IMG/VR virus record: IMGVR_UViG_3300031788_000087
Location: 1-27,517 of that record
Source: a virus
Taxonomy: Duplodnaviria; Caudoviricetes
Length of the DNA stretch: 27,517 nucleotides
Strand: one strand, 5' to 3'
The position numbers and the translations under genes were made by a program. Under the pieces are notes generated by a model. The model was not told where the DNA came from. It did not search any database and saw nothing but the letters and a program-made list of their open reading frames with translations. Of the stretch, positions 1-8,882 are shown one piece after another (positions within the stretch are counted from its first letter, which is position 1; every line of letters begins with the position of its first letter).

Positions 1-981
1 AGCAAGGCTAAAGTATTTTTCACTATGAACCGGCTATTGAGTGATGATCCTGTTTACGTAGAGTTTGCAAAGCGCCCGGACTGCCTTCATATCCATATCA
101 ATTACAACGAAAACAAGCACTGCCCCACAGAAAGCAAGATAGAAGCCGAGAACATGCGGACCGTTGACATTGACAGCTATAACCACGTTTGGCTAGGTCA
201 ACCAATGGAGAACGCCTCAAACTTTGTTTTCCCTGATGCGGTAATAAATCACGCTATTGCAAGGTTTGACACCATGAGCATGGGACGCGGGATAAACAAT
301 TCAGGTGTAGCCGTTGATCCGTCCGGCATGGGCGCAGATGATAATGAATTTTTGGCTATCAATGAAGGATTGCCGCTAGAATCCTATTCCAAAACCATCA
401 TGTCCCCAACCGAGAAAGCACTAAAAGCTATTGAAATATGCAAGCGGATTGACGGTTATTGGATTATTGTTGACTGTGATGGTATAGGTGCAGACATGTT
501 TCTTGAGCTTCAAGGAATGGATGAGAGCTTCCTGGGGGGCATCCAGTTAATTAAGTTTAACGGAAGCGCGCCTTCAAAAGCCTCTTTAACCACAACATTA
601 CGCAATAATCGTCCAGTTTACCAAAATATGAGGGCTGAGATCGCCTATATCGCACAGAAACGGGCCTATGCAGGTATAGCATCAATCAATCCACGCAGTA
701 AACATACGATTGAAGACTTGAAGCATGACGTTTCTTTTGTTAATGGAAAGGGACTTTTACAGTTAGTTCCAAAGGAAGAAATTAAAGAACAGATAAAAAG
801 AAGCCCAGGCAAGGGTGATGTTTGGAAGATGGCGCAGTATGGATGCTCTCTTAATTTAACAGATCAGAGGTTCCAATCCGGTAGACAGCCAGAACAGCAA
901 AGAGTAGCAGATGATAATTTCACGAACACACGCAGCACAGGACAAGAGGATGTTTCAAGACTACAACAACACGCAGACTAA
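1..981 (+). CDS. terL: Terminase large subunit, C-terminal part (end of ATPase plus RNase H-like nuclease domain); 5'-truncated
   Basis: Frame is open from base 1 (SKAKVFFTMNR...). Motifs YNHVWLGQP, VAVDPSGMGADD, IIVDCDGIG, YQNMRAE and RSPGKGD are typical of TerL; lies upstream of the portal. Confidence 0.85.
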   Translation, partial: SKAKVFFTMNRLLSDDPVYVEFAKRPDCLHIHINYNENKHCPTESKIEAENMRTVDIDSYNHVWLGQPMENASNFVFPDAVINHAIARFDTMSMGRGINNSGVAVDPSGMGADDNEFLAINEGLPLESYSKTIMSPTEKALKAIEICKRIDGYWIIVDCDGIGADMFLELQGMDESFLGGIQLIKFNGSAPSKASLTTTLRNNRPVYQNMRAEIAYIAQKRAYAGIASINPRSKHTIEDLKHDVSFVNGKGLLQLVPKEEIKEQIKRSPGKGDVWKMAQYGCSLNLTDQRFQSGRQPEQQRVADDNFTNTRSTGQEDVSRLQQHAD

Positions 982-994
982 TAAGGGGGATTAA

Positions 995-1258
995 ATGTCA
1001 GAAGATATGATTATCGAAGGCGAAGGACAGAACGCCAAGGCCGCAAGGGAAGCAAAGGAATCAATCGCAAGGTTGTTAGGCAATATCAGTGACCATCATC
1101 AAGTCATTGTAATCGCTAAAGACTTGACTGGACAAACGCCAACACACATCCACGCGCAAGGGCCATCAGCAGATAAATGCCTTTTATACGGTATGCTTGG
1201 TGAAGCCCAGGATGTTTTCAGAATAGCATCATCTAAAGAAATATCAAAACCATCTTGA
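995..1258 (+). CDS. Hypothetical phage protein (87 aa)
   Basis: AAGGGGGA RBS-like sequence upstream; fills the gap after terL. Confidence 0.6.
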   Translation: MSEDMIIEGEGQNAKAAREAKESIARLLGNISDHHQVIVIAKDLTGQTPTHIHAQGPSADKCLLYGMLGEAQDVFRIASSKEISKPS

Positions 1259-1292
1259 CAACAATCCTTTTTAGAATAAGGATATGTTATAA

Positions 1293-1742
1293 ATGAAATT
1301 CGCAGAAGAAAAACTAACAGCGGAATTGCTTGAAGAAGTAAAGCCTCTCCTTGAAAAACATTGGGAAGAAATAGCCCATTACAAAGACATCCCACTTGAC
1401 CCAGACTATGAATTATATTTGAAGATGCAAAACATGGGGATGATACGTGCGTATTCAATGCGGGATATTGATACAAAACTTGTTGGATACGCTGTCTACG
1501 TTGTGCGGCCAAATCTTCACTATAAACAATGCTTAACAGCGACGGAAGATATAATTTACGTTGATCCTGAAAAACGTGGTTACGGATTATTTTTAATTAA
1601 ATGGTGTGATGAACAGTTAAAACTTTTAGGTGTTAAGATTGTCACCCATCATATTAAATTTGCTTTTGATTGGAGTCCGGCCTTGATAAGGATGGGGTAC
1701 GATAAAACAGATATGCAGCTTTGTAAAAGATTGGATAAGTAG
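1293..1742 (+). CDS. GNAT-family acetyltransferase-like protein
   Basis: KLVGYAVY strand and EDIIYVDPEKRGYG (GNAT motif A-like); C-terminal LIRMGY; AAGGA RBS. Confidence 0.75.
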   Translation: MKFAEEKLTAELLEEVKPLLEKHWEEIAHYKDIPLDPDYELYLKMQNMGMIRAYSMRDIDTKLVGYAVYVVRPNLHYKQCLTATEDIIYVDPEKRGYGLFLIKWCDEQLKLLGVKIVTHHIKFAFDWSPALIRMGYDKTDMQLCKRLDK

Positions 1743-2003
1743 ATGGCTATTGATGTTGTCATAGGAGCTTTGCTTGGTGCTGGCATAGGAGAAGGCGTTT
1801 CTGCTTTGACATCATCCCCCAAATCACCGTCACAGACAGCTCCAACAACCCCAAGTCAATCAACAGCCAATACAACTGCCGCGTCCACAGTATCCGATCA
1901 AAGAGCAACTTTATTGGCAAGCGGTGGTCAAACTGATATGACGGGCGGATTAGGAATTTTAACAGGTTCAGAAATTCAATCTAGTTCACTGATCGGTGGT
2001 TAA
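1743..2003 (+). CDS. Small Ser/Thr/Gly-rich putative virion protein preceding the portal
   Basis: Glycine-zipper N-terminus, low-complexity linker, RATLLASGG-type C-terminus; position typical of small pre-portal virion proteins of podoviruses. Confidence 0.55.
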   Translation: MAIDVVIGALLGAGIGEGVSALTSSPKSPSQTAPTTPSQSTANTTAASTVSDQRATLLASGGQTDMTGGLGILTGSEIQSSSLIGG

Positions 2004-2005
2004 AT

Positions 2006-3655
2006 ATGCCTCCAATAGTTTCCACAAATACAGACATTAAAAACTTGGTAATGAAATCTGTTTATCTCAAATCGAAGGATGGCAACCGCTATTCTTATCT
2101 TCAAGATGTGGCTAATTTTTGTATTCCGTCAAAAGCCTGGATCACCACAATTAAAGTCGAAGACATGCGCTTGAATGACGCTTACCTTTTTGATTCAAGA
2201 GCCAAGTTAGCTTTAAGAGAATCTGCTTGCGGGTTCCATTCCAAGCTCACCAGTTCAGTTAATAAATGGCTAGGGTTTACAACTATTGACCCAAAGAAGA
2301 TGCAGTCCGGTAATGTGCAGCGTTACTTTAAAGATTGCTCTGATATTCAAACCGACATAAACAATGCCTCAAACTGGAACGAACAAATTCTTGAGTGTTA
2401 CACAGATGATTTATGGGCCGGTTCTTCTCCGCTTGCAACAGAAGAAGATTGGCTTACTCATGTTAGGTACACATCCATTCCGGTTCAGCAATGCTCGTAT
2501 GAGCGTGATTATCGCGGGGAAATCGTTGGTCTATTCCGCAGGTTCAAATACACCGCAGTCCAGATCAAAGAACGCTGGCCTAATGCAATACCTAAGAACG
2601 TAAAGGAAGCCTTAGATGCAGATAAGTATTTCCAGTTATTTGATATTGAGCATTACGTGGGTCCTCGCGACATTAGGGACGCGTCCAAAAAAGATGCAAT
2701 TAATATGCCCTTTAGGTCTGTCTGGTATTATCCCGAAGAAGAACATAAGTTTGATGAAAGCGGGTACAATACCAATCTTTATGCCGTGCTTGAGTTCTGG
2801 ATTCAGTCTGGGGATGACATGGCATACAGCCCAGCTATGGATGTTCTGGCTTCAATCAAGCTCGCTAACGCACAGAAGAAGACCAATCTAAAGTTTGCTA
2901 TGAAGGCAGCGGGAGGCGCATCTGCAATGCCCGCACGTTTCTGGATGGGTCGTTTCTCTCAAAACCCTGACGCGATGAACTACTACGATAAAACAAAATA
3001 CACCAAAGATGATTACTTCCAGATTCCAACAGGCAATGACCCAAAGCTGTCCACTGAAATGATGCAGATGGAGCAAGACTTAATTGATCGTGGTTTCTTC
3101 CTGAACTTATTCAAGGCCATGAGCAACGTATCAAAGGACATGAACAATCCCGAAGTCAATCAACGCATAACAGAAGCTCTTGAGCTTGTCGGCCCTGTCG
3201 TTGGTCGTATGACCAAGAAGATAGGACAATCACAGTTAAGAGCTTTCGACATTATAAATAGCCGTGGGCTTTTCCCTACACCTCCAAGAGAACTGGTTTC
3301 AAAAGACAACAAGATGGATATAGGCGTAGTTTTCCAATCCCCCCTTGCTAAAGCCCAGCGCGCCGCTGCCCTTGGAGGTCTTACCACTTGGTTACAGATT
3401 GTCGGTGCGATCAATGGCATTATTCCTGATGCAAAGGACAATGTTGACGGAGATAGGATTGTGGCGGGTTCCGCAGACTTCTTAAATGTTGACCCTACAT
3501 TTGTTCGTGAGAAGCGCAAGGTTGAGGAAATCCGCAAGAAAAACGCGGAAGCCATGCAAGCCCAGGCTAAGATGGCACAGCAGAATCAACAGGCAGACAC
3601 GGCACAGAAAGTTGCAGGGGCACACAAGTCCCATAAAGAGGCAATGAAAGTTTAA
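2006..3655 (+). CDS. Portal (head-to-tail connector), T7 gp8/Bbp21-like
   Basis: 549 aa; motifs LFDSRA, YSPAMDVL, IDRGFFLNLF, LVGPVVGR, VFQSPLAKAQR and Gln-rich helical C-terminus. Confidence 0.9.
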   Translation: MPPIVSTNTDIKNLVMKSVYLKSKDGNRYSYLQDVANFCIPSKAWITTIKVEDMRLNDAYLFDSRAKLALRESACGFHSKLTSSVNKWLGFTTIDPKKMQSGNVQRYFKDCSDIQTDINNASNWNEQILECYTDDLWAGSSPLATEEDWLTHVRYTSIPVQQCSYERDYRGEIVGLFRRFKYTAVQIKERWPNAIPKNVKEALDADKYFQLFDIEHYVGPRDIRDASKKDAINMPFRSVWYYPEEEHKFDESGYNTNLYAVLEFWIQSGDDMAYSPAMDVLASIKLANAQKKTNLKFAMKAAGGASAMPARFWMGRFSQNPDAMNYYDKTKYTKDDYFQIPTGNDPKLSTEMMQMEQDLIDRGFFLNLFKAMSNVSKDMNNPEVNQRITEALELVGPVVGRMTKKIGQSQLRAFDIINSRGLFPTPPRELVSKDNKMDIGVVFQSPLAKAQRAAALGGLTTWLQIVGAINGIIPDAKDNVDGDRIVAGSADFLNVDPTFVREKRKVEEIRKKNAEAMQAQAKMAQQNQQADTAQKVAGAHKSHKEAMKV

Positions 3656-3656
3656 T

Positions 3657-3824
3657 ATGCCAAGAGGCTTTGGCAACCAAGTAAAGACAATGCAAATTCT
3701 AAAAGCAATCTCCTTTTTAATCCTCACAATCGCTATTACCTCTTTTATTACTATTATTGTTATTAAATTTTTAACATACGGTGACGACGCTAGATGCTTT
3801 AGCGAATCGTGTAGGAGTTATTAA
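3657..3824 (+). CDS. Small single-TM membrane protein (55 aa, MPRGFGNQVKTMQILKAISFLILTIAITSFITIIVIKFLTYGDDARCFSESCRSY); not in ORF track
   Basis: Manual translation; starts 1 nt after the portal stop and its TAA overlaps the next ATG (TAATG). Confidence 0.55.
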   Translation: MPRGFGNQVKTMQILKAISFLILTIAITSFITIIVIKFLTYGDDARCFSESCRSY

Positions 3825-4015
3825 TGAAAGACAGACCCATAGTAAAGTTAGAACCCCGCGTTGAAGTAACGCCATCCGGCAAGACACGCACAGTCTACCG
3901 ACAAAGAATATACAATCCAAACCATCCTGATTACCAAACCATTAAAAAGGAAATGTTAGCGAGCAAAGATGCAGAGCTCAGTAAGCCGTTGACATTAATT
4001 TCCAATGTTGATTAA
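3824..4015 (+). CDS. Hypothetical protein (63 aa)
   Basis: AGGAG RBS at 3813-3817; translationally coupled. Confidence 0.6.
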   Translation: MKDRPIVKLEPRVEVTPSGKTRTVYRQRIYNPNHPDYQTIKKEMLASKDAELSKPLTLISNVD

Positions 4016-4505
4016 TATTAAAGACGCATCCCGTATGCCCATCAAGTATTTGTGGCAATTGATATTTACATTTACTTTTGACAAAAAGTCTTGCGGTCAC
4101 ATGACTAAGGATATAATCGGTCAGCAGTTAATGAAGTGGAATGATTTTATCCAGATAAACAAGAAGCGAGAGCTTGAGAAGTACGGCCTTGATCCAGACG
4201 CACCCGCTGCACCTCTCGGTCAAAAAGGTTCCGTGCTTGATGAAATGGAGTACCAGTTGCAGAATATGTGTTCATGGGTCGTGCGTGAAGAAAAAGGAGA
4301 TTTTGAACCAAAGGTAGAGTTGTATAAAAAGCACAAGATAGATTTTAGGTTGGCAGAGCCACAGTGCCATGTGTTTCCAGAGTTTCAAACAAGACGCAAC
4401 AAAAGAAAAGGTCATGCGGCGTTGTTAGCTAATATGGCCGACAAGCCGCACCAGTACGCTAATCCAAACAAGAAGAAGAAGTATTTTATTGGGGGGGATG
4501 TTTAA
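4005..4505 (+). CDS. Hypothetical basic protein (166 aa)
   Basis: ORF overlaps neighbours at both ends; no recognised motif. Confidence 0.6.
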   Translation: MLINIKDASRMPIKYLWQLIFTFTFDKKSCGHMTKDIIGQQLMKWNDFIQINKKRELEKYGLDPDAPAAPLGQKGSVLDEMEYQLQNMCSWVVREEKGDFEPKVELYKKHKIDFRLAEPQCHVFPEFQTRRNKRKGHAALLANMADKPHQYANPNKKKKYFIGGDV

Positions 4506-4840
4506 TGAAAATTAAGAATCGAATTTTTGTTTTTCTTGTTAATGTATTGTATAAATCTTTTAACGTCATTGAGCGTGGGGATAAGATTATAAGTAGATGC
4601 CCCATAGACCGAAAGAATCCTAAAATATTTCGTATTGTTGATATGTACCAAGGAAATACTGCTGATGTTGTTTGCGACAAAGACCCCCAACCTATGCGAC
4701 AGAAAGTAATGCTTTATTCATACCGGTTGCATGATAAATTTTTTAGAGGAGAAGAATTTTTACGAGACCCCAATAAAGACAATGGATGGCGTTTATTTGG
4801 GACATCATTTTTGAATTATAAGACCAAGGAGGTTTTATAA
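4505..4840 (+). CDS. Hypothetical protein (111 aa)
   Basis: TAATG coupling at both ends; G-rich RBS. Confidence 0.6.
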   Translation: MKIKNRIFVFLVNVLYKSFNVIERGDKIISRCPIDRKNPKIFRIVDMYQGNTADVVCDKDPQPMRQKVMLYSYRLHDKFFRGEEFLRDPNKDNGWRLFGTSFLNYKTKEVL

Positions 4841-5649
4841 TGAATATTACACTATGCGAAGACGATTCTTTGTTTCACGGCGGCACACCTCAACTCGTTG
4901 TGCTTGTGGTCAAATTTGATAACGGCAATACCAAGCGCATACCTTACGAGGCTTGCAAGACGATAGCGAGCTTGTATCAAGACCTTTATGCGATTGCTCC
5001 GCAGGTTGCAGAAGAGAAACAAGTAAACATTGAAGATATTAAGCCAGTTGAAGTTCCTAAAGTGATGAAAGATTTTGTAGAAGAGAAATCAAAGGCTACC
5101 ATACAAGCTCATAAAGAAATTATAGATAAGTCATTCACTATTGAGAAGGAAGACATCGTAACCCTCATCAAACTAAACCCAAGAGAGTTCCAGTCCGGCA
5201 CAGTTTCCCCGCTGATCGTTGGCATGGACTACCGAGTGCTTAAAGTCATCGGGCCCACTATCCCTACACCGGACGGCAAAGGAATCAAGAAGATTATCCA
5301 GGGCTTTGAGGTCATTGACGACAGCGCACCAACACCAGAGCGCATGATAGTAACGCCTGACGAAGTCCAGTTAAAGAGCAAGCGTTTATCTCAAATAATC
5401 AAGAAAACCCAATCCGTTGAAGAAATGCTCCCATGTCCTGATTGCCGGACACTAAACGCATTGACTTTAGTAGGCACAGATTTTAAAGGTATCTGTGAGG
5501 CGTGTGGAAAAGATATTGACATAGGCCGCGTGATTAAGAAATGCCCCTCTGTTGGGTGTGGTCAAGAAGTAAGCTGTTTTGATGTTGGTGGGAAGTACGA
5601 GGGACTGTGCGGGAAGTGCAAGGCTAAGATTGAGGTGGCGTATGCTTAG
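4840..5649 (+). CDS. Hypothetical protein with C-terminal double zinc ribbon
   Basis: AAGGAGG RBS; Cys pairs CPDC, CEAC, CPSVGC, CGKC. Confidence 0.7.
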   Translation: MNITLCEDDSLFHGGTPQLVVLVVKFDNGNTKRIPYEACKTIASLYQDLYAIAPQVAEEKQVNIEDIKPVEVPKVMKDFVEEKSKATIQAHKEIIDKSFTIEKEDIVTLIKLNPREFQSGTVSPLIVGMDYRVLKVIGPTIPTPDGKGIKKIIQGFEVIDDSAPTPERMIVTPDEVQLKSKRLSQIIKKTQSVEEMLPCPDCRTLNALTLVGTDFKGICEACGKDIDIGRVIKKCPSVGCGQEVSCFDVGGKYEGLCGKCKAKIEVAYA

Positions 5650-5737
5650 TGTTATAAATATTATTTTATCAATATTAATTTTTGGAGGAGTATCTTTTAT
5701 TTGTGGCATGGCTTACGAGAGGAATAATCATGCTTGA
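5642..5737 (+). CDS. Small single-TM protein (31 aa, MLSVINIILSILIFGGVSFICGMAYERNNHA); not in ORF track
   Basis: Manual translation; GAGGT RBS upstream; 8-nt overlaps with both neighbours. Confidence 0.5.
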   Translation: MLSVINIILSILIFGGVSFICGMAYERNNHA

Positions 5738-6005
5738 CATCCCCTCACACTTAGACAACCTTGATAGACTACGCAAAGAAAGACCCGAACACATAACCTA
5801 TACATACCAAAAAGTATTCGGTATGCCCGAAGGTCAGTTGATTCTAATTGACCTGATGGAAAGATTCTTCGAGTTCAATAAGCCCAACAGTATGGAAGAA
5901 GTAGGAAGCCAGGCCGTTGTTATGTATATAAAAAATAATATTTTAGGTAAAGTAGACACAACATGGTTCAAACCAGAGGAGACGTATCATGCTGAACAAT
6001 CTTGA
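5730..6005 (+). CDS. Bbp19-like small phage protein (start moved to ATG 5730)
   Basis: YQKVFGMPEGQLILIDL...EVGSQAVVMYI resembles the Bbp19-type protein found between portal and scaffold; GAGAGGA RBS before 5730. Confidence 0.65.
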   Translation: MLDIPSHLDNLDRLRKERPEHITYTYQKVFGMPEGQLILIDLMERFFEFNKPNSMEEVGSQAVVMYIKNNILGKVDTTWFKPEETYHAEQS

Positions 6006-6408
6006 AAAAGGCGACACAGTAGCAATCATTGACGATTTAGGACACACGCACACGGTAACAGTATTGCAGGTAAAGCCAGACCCAGAACACCCGACATCAT
6101 TTGCAAGGTTTGATTATATTGACCAACAAGAACCCTCTCCTATGCGTCGGACAGCATGGCCTAAACAGTTATTGAGGATTATTAAGAAGACGGAGATTAA
6201 GACCCTTGATCCTAAATCACAGAGGACGAGTGATTTTAGAACCCCTCAAAAGGCTGTAATTATAGACGGTCGCACATACGTGGAAAAGAATCCTCACGAT
6301 AATATTCAAGTTCCCTTAACCCTAGGGGTTAATGCACCAGAAGCAGTAGCATCTCCGGCCAAACCCGTTTTAACCAGAAACAAAATGCAAGACAATAAAA
6401 AAGGATAA
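5989..6408 (+). CDS. Hypothetical protein (139 aa), possible SH3/KOW-like N-terminus
   Basis: GAGGAG RBS; LEKGDTVAII...VTVLQV pattern. Confidence 0.6.
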   Translation: MLNNLEKGDTVAIIDDLGHTHTVTVLQVKPDPEHPTSFARFDYIDQQEPSPMRRTAWPKQLLRIIKKTEIKTLDPKSQRTSDFRTPQKAVIIDGRTYVEKNPHDNIQVPLTLGVNAPEAVASPAKPVLTRNKMQDNKKG

Positions 6409-6411
6409 GCC

Positions 6412-7215
6412 ATGAAAATTCAATACACAGACGCAGCCCTTGGGACAAATGCCGATCTCACCTCTTTCGATACGCCAGATTCTTTAGCACAAGCCTATGT
6501 CGCCCTAAATACACGTGTCAAGGCAGGTGGGGTTGATTTACTTCCAGAGGATTTACAAAAAGACCCTGCCATCACACCGTTTAAAACAATGGCTGATCTT
6601 GCTAAAGGATACGTTTCAACAAAGAAAATGGTTGGTGGAATTGAGAACGCACCAGAAACACCAGAGGGATATAAATTCAATCCCGTTACCGGACTACATG
6701 CAAACGTTAAAGCGGAAGGAATTGTCAAAGCATTGGCCCCGATATTTCAAAAGGCCGGTGTCGGTAACAAAGCCGCTGATGCAGTACAACAAGGATTGCT
6801 CACACAATTATCCAGCATGATGGTTCAGCAAGAAACCGCTAAGAAAGAAATGTTATTAAAAAATGAAACAACCTTACGCGGTGAGTGGGGCGGTGAGTTT
6901 GACGCACGCATGGATAACATGCAAAAGATTTGGAAAAATGTTGGCGGTGTTGGCAACGTAAAAGAAAGCGGAATTGAAAACATCAGAGCATTAGCAAAGT
7001 TGACAGGATTTCTTTCAGAAGATTCTTTGAAGTCTTTGGGAGAAGAACCGAAGGCCGCTATCACTGACGCAACGGCGGCACAAGCAGAGATTGCCAAATA
7101 TACAGCGGAGATTTCATCGACGGGTGGAAAGCATGATTATTATTTATCCGGCCCCAAAGGTGATGCCGCTCGCAAAAAGATGAATGATCTGTTTGCGCTG
7201 ATGCAACCAAAATAA
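6412..7215 (+). CDS. Capsid scaffolding/assembly protein
   Basis: Directly upstream of the capsid gene; PETPEGYKF and LRGEWGGEFD motifs; helical. Confidence 0.75.
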   Translation: MKIQYTDAALGTNADLTSFDTPDSLAQAYVALNTRVKAGGVDLLPEDLQKDPAITPFKTMADLAKGYVSTKKMVGGIENAPETPEGYKFNPVTGLHANVKAEGIVKALAPIFQKAGVGNKAADAVQQGLLTQLSSMMVQQETAKKEMLLKNETTLRGEWGGEFDARMDNMQKIWKNVGGVGNVKESGIENIRALAKLTGFLSEDSLKSLGEEPKAAITDATAAQAEIAKYTAEISSTGGKHDYYLSGPKGDAARKKMNDLFALMQPK

Positions 7216-7227
7216 TTTAATTTATTC

Positions 7228-7255
7228 TTGACTTTTGTTTTGGAAGTTATAATCT
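7228..7255 (+). promoter_or_regulatory. Candidate sigma70-type promoter for the capsid transcript
   Basis: TTGACT (7228-7233) with TATAAT (7248-7253, 14-bp spacer) or TAATCT (7250-7255, 16-bp spacer) in AT-rich intergenic DNA; spacing is non-ideal. Confidence 0.45.
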
Positions 7256-7278
7256 TTAATTAGGATTATTTGAGAGCA

Positions 7279-7361
7279 GTCGGGAGGAATTATCCGCAAG
7301 GACTTCTCCCGACGGTAATAAAACCCTAACCGCAACAACAAGACCCCTCGGGACTATCTTG
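7279..7361 (+). ncRNA. Structured 5' leader of the major capsid gene: two hairpins sharing one asymmetric internal-loop motif
   Basis: Hairpin 1 (7279-7313) GTCGGGAGGA-ATTA-TCC-GCAA-GGA-C-TTCTCCCGAC; hairpin 2 (7339-7361) CAAGA-C-CC-CTCG-GG-ACTA-TCTTG. Confidence 0.6.
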
Positions 7362-7402
7362 GTAAGAATTAGAAACTTAATCTTTAACCAAGGAGTCCTA
7401 AA

Positions 7403-8281
7403 ATGGGCGCACCCAATACAATTTACGTCCAGCAATATAACACCGCAATTTATTTGCTGGCACAACAGCTTGACAACCGTTTCGCCGGATGTATCGTTGA
7501 AGATTTCAACTGGACAGGCGCAGCTAAATTTTATCCACAGTATGCCACCGATTCGATGGTTGAGTTGACAACCCGTTTCGCTGATACACCAACCCAACCG
7601 GCCAACTTCGCAAACCGGATGGTTACACCTCGTTATTTCGTTTCCAGCACCTTAGAAGACCCCAAGGATGCTTTACAGCAAGCCGTTGATCCTAAGTCCG
7701 CTATGATGCAAGCCAAACATGCCGCCGCTAATCGTACCAAGGACGACTTGATTATCGCTGCATGGGGTGGTACTTCATACACAGGACAGACCGGAGCTAC
7801 AGCCGTTACGTTCCCTTCTGCAAATCAAATTGTTTATAACCAGTTCACGACCGGCAACGGTATGAGCAAAGCCAAGTGTCTGGCCGCCAAACGCATCTTG
7901 GATGCGGGTGAAGTCGAAGCCACAGAACGCTATGCCGCTTACACCGCTGCACAGTTGGAAGACTTGCTTAATACTACAGAAGTCACTTCCAGCGATTACA
8001 ACGTGATTCATGCGTTGGTGCAAGGTGAAGTTCGTACATGGTGCGGTTTCCAATGGATTCACAGCGAACGTCTTTTGACCGACGCTTCTGCCCATAGGTT
8101 AAATTATTTTTGGCAAAAGAACGCTTCAATCCTAGCCATCCAAAAGGATATTGAAGGCCGCGTTGATGAGCGCATCGACAAGAACATGGCCTGGCAAGTG
8201 TATCTCAAGATGTGCATGGGTTCAACACGTTTGGAAGAAGCACGTATCGTCCAAGTTGCTTGTGTTGAAAACGCTTTCTAA
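7403..8281 (+). CDS. Major capsid protein (HK97 fold, podovirus type)
   Basis: AAGGAG RBS; YVQQY..LLAQQ, DPKS, AANRTKDDLII, EVTSSDYN, ALVQGEV..WCGF.WI, MGSTRLEE motifs. Confidence 0.9.
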   Translation: MGAPNTIYVQQYNTAIYLLAQQLDNRFAGCIVEDFNWTGAAKFYPQYATDSMVELTTRFADTPTQPANFANRMVTPRYFVSSTLEDPKDALQQAVDPKSAMMQAKHAAANRTKDDLIIAAWGGTSYTGQTGATAVTFPSANQIVYNQFTTGNGMSKAKCLAAKRILDAGEVEATERYAAYTAAQLEDLLNTTEVTSSDYNVIHALVQGEVRTWCGFQWIHSERLLTDASAHRLNYFWQKNASILAIQKDIEGRVDERIDKNMAWQVYLKMCMGSTRLEEARIVQVACVENAF

Positions 8282-8312
8282 ATTGAATTTAATCTTTTAA
8301 AAGGAGAATAAT

Positions 8313-8819
8313 ATGCCCGCATTACTTTTAGGTCAGGGTGTCGTTTATACAGAACGTACCGCGCCTGTTCCTGGTACGACTTCAACCACTACCTATAACT
8401 GGATGACAGCCGGTTATGTGGATGGTCGCAAGAAAATCAATTTGGATTTCTATGTAGGTTTAGGAACTGAATTGACAGGTTCTACGATTTTGATGGGCGC
8501 ACCGTTACCACAGGGTGCAATGGTTATAAGCGTTTCCGTTATATCCAGCGCAAGCACAAGCTCACTAACATTCTCGGTGGGTGATCTTAGTTTAGCCACA
8601 AGGTATGCCAGCGCCGGTACTGGTATCGCAACGGCTGGTATTACAACGTATACAGGCATGATTAGTGCTACAACCGGATGGTATGTAGTCGGTACTAATC
8701 CTGGTACGGGAGCAAATGCCTTAACCACGGGTGATGCACAAATATTAATCACCACGGGCGGCGCCACTTTAGGCACAGGTACTATTTACGGTGTCGTGGT
8801 GGAGTACACAACCGACTAA
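8313..8819 (+). CDS. Putative capsid decoration/cement protein
   Basis: Follows the capsid gene; AAGGAG RBS; beta-rich Gly/Thr-rich, LPQGAMVISV...FSVGD pattern; no Cys, no signal peptide. Confidence 0.65.
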   Translation: MPALLLGQGVVYTERTAPVPGTTSTTTYNWMTAGYVDGRKKINLDFYVGLGTELTGSTILMGAPLPQGAMVISVSVISSASTSSLTFSVGDLSLATRYASAGTGIATAGITTYTGMISATTGWYVVGTNPGTGANALTTGDAQILITTGGATLGTGTIYGVVVEYTTD

Positions 8820-8828
8820 AAAGGTTCA

Positions 8829-8864
8829 GCGGGTGAAGGTGTGCTTGGTAGCCACCTCACCCGC
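8829..8864 (+). terminator. Strong GC hairpin (attenuator, terminator or RNA-stability element)
   Basis: GCGGGTG-A-AGGTG-T-GCT-TGGT-AGC-CACCT-CACCCGC followed only by ATTAATT (weak U-tract). Confidence 0.5.
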
Positions 8865-8882
8865 ATTAATTAAGGAGATAGT

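Noticed and set aside
1255-1277. TTGACA...TAGAAT promoter before the GNAT gene
   Set aside because: The spacer is only 11 bp and no good -10 lies at 16-18 bp.
1740-1745. TAG-ATG in-frame junction suggesting stop-codon recoding (genetic code 15)
   Set aside because: Long genes are intact in code 11. Reading through TAG at 13212 hits TGA after three more codons, and a TAA-ATG junction also occurs at 11391-11396, so this is ordinary tight packing.
6316-6332. Inverted repeat TTAACCC-TAG-GGGTTAA
   Set aside because: 7-bp arms inside a CDS, no second copy noticed; compatible with chance.
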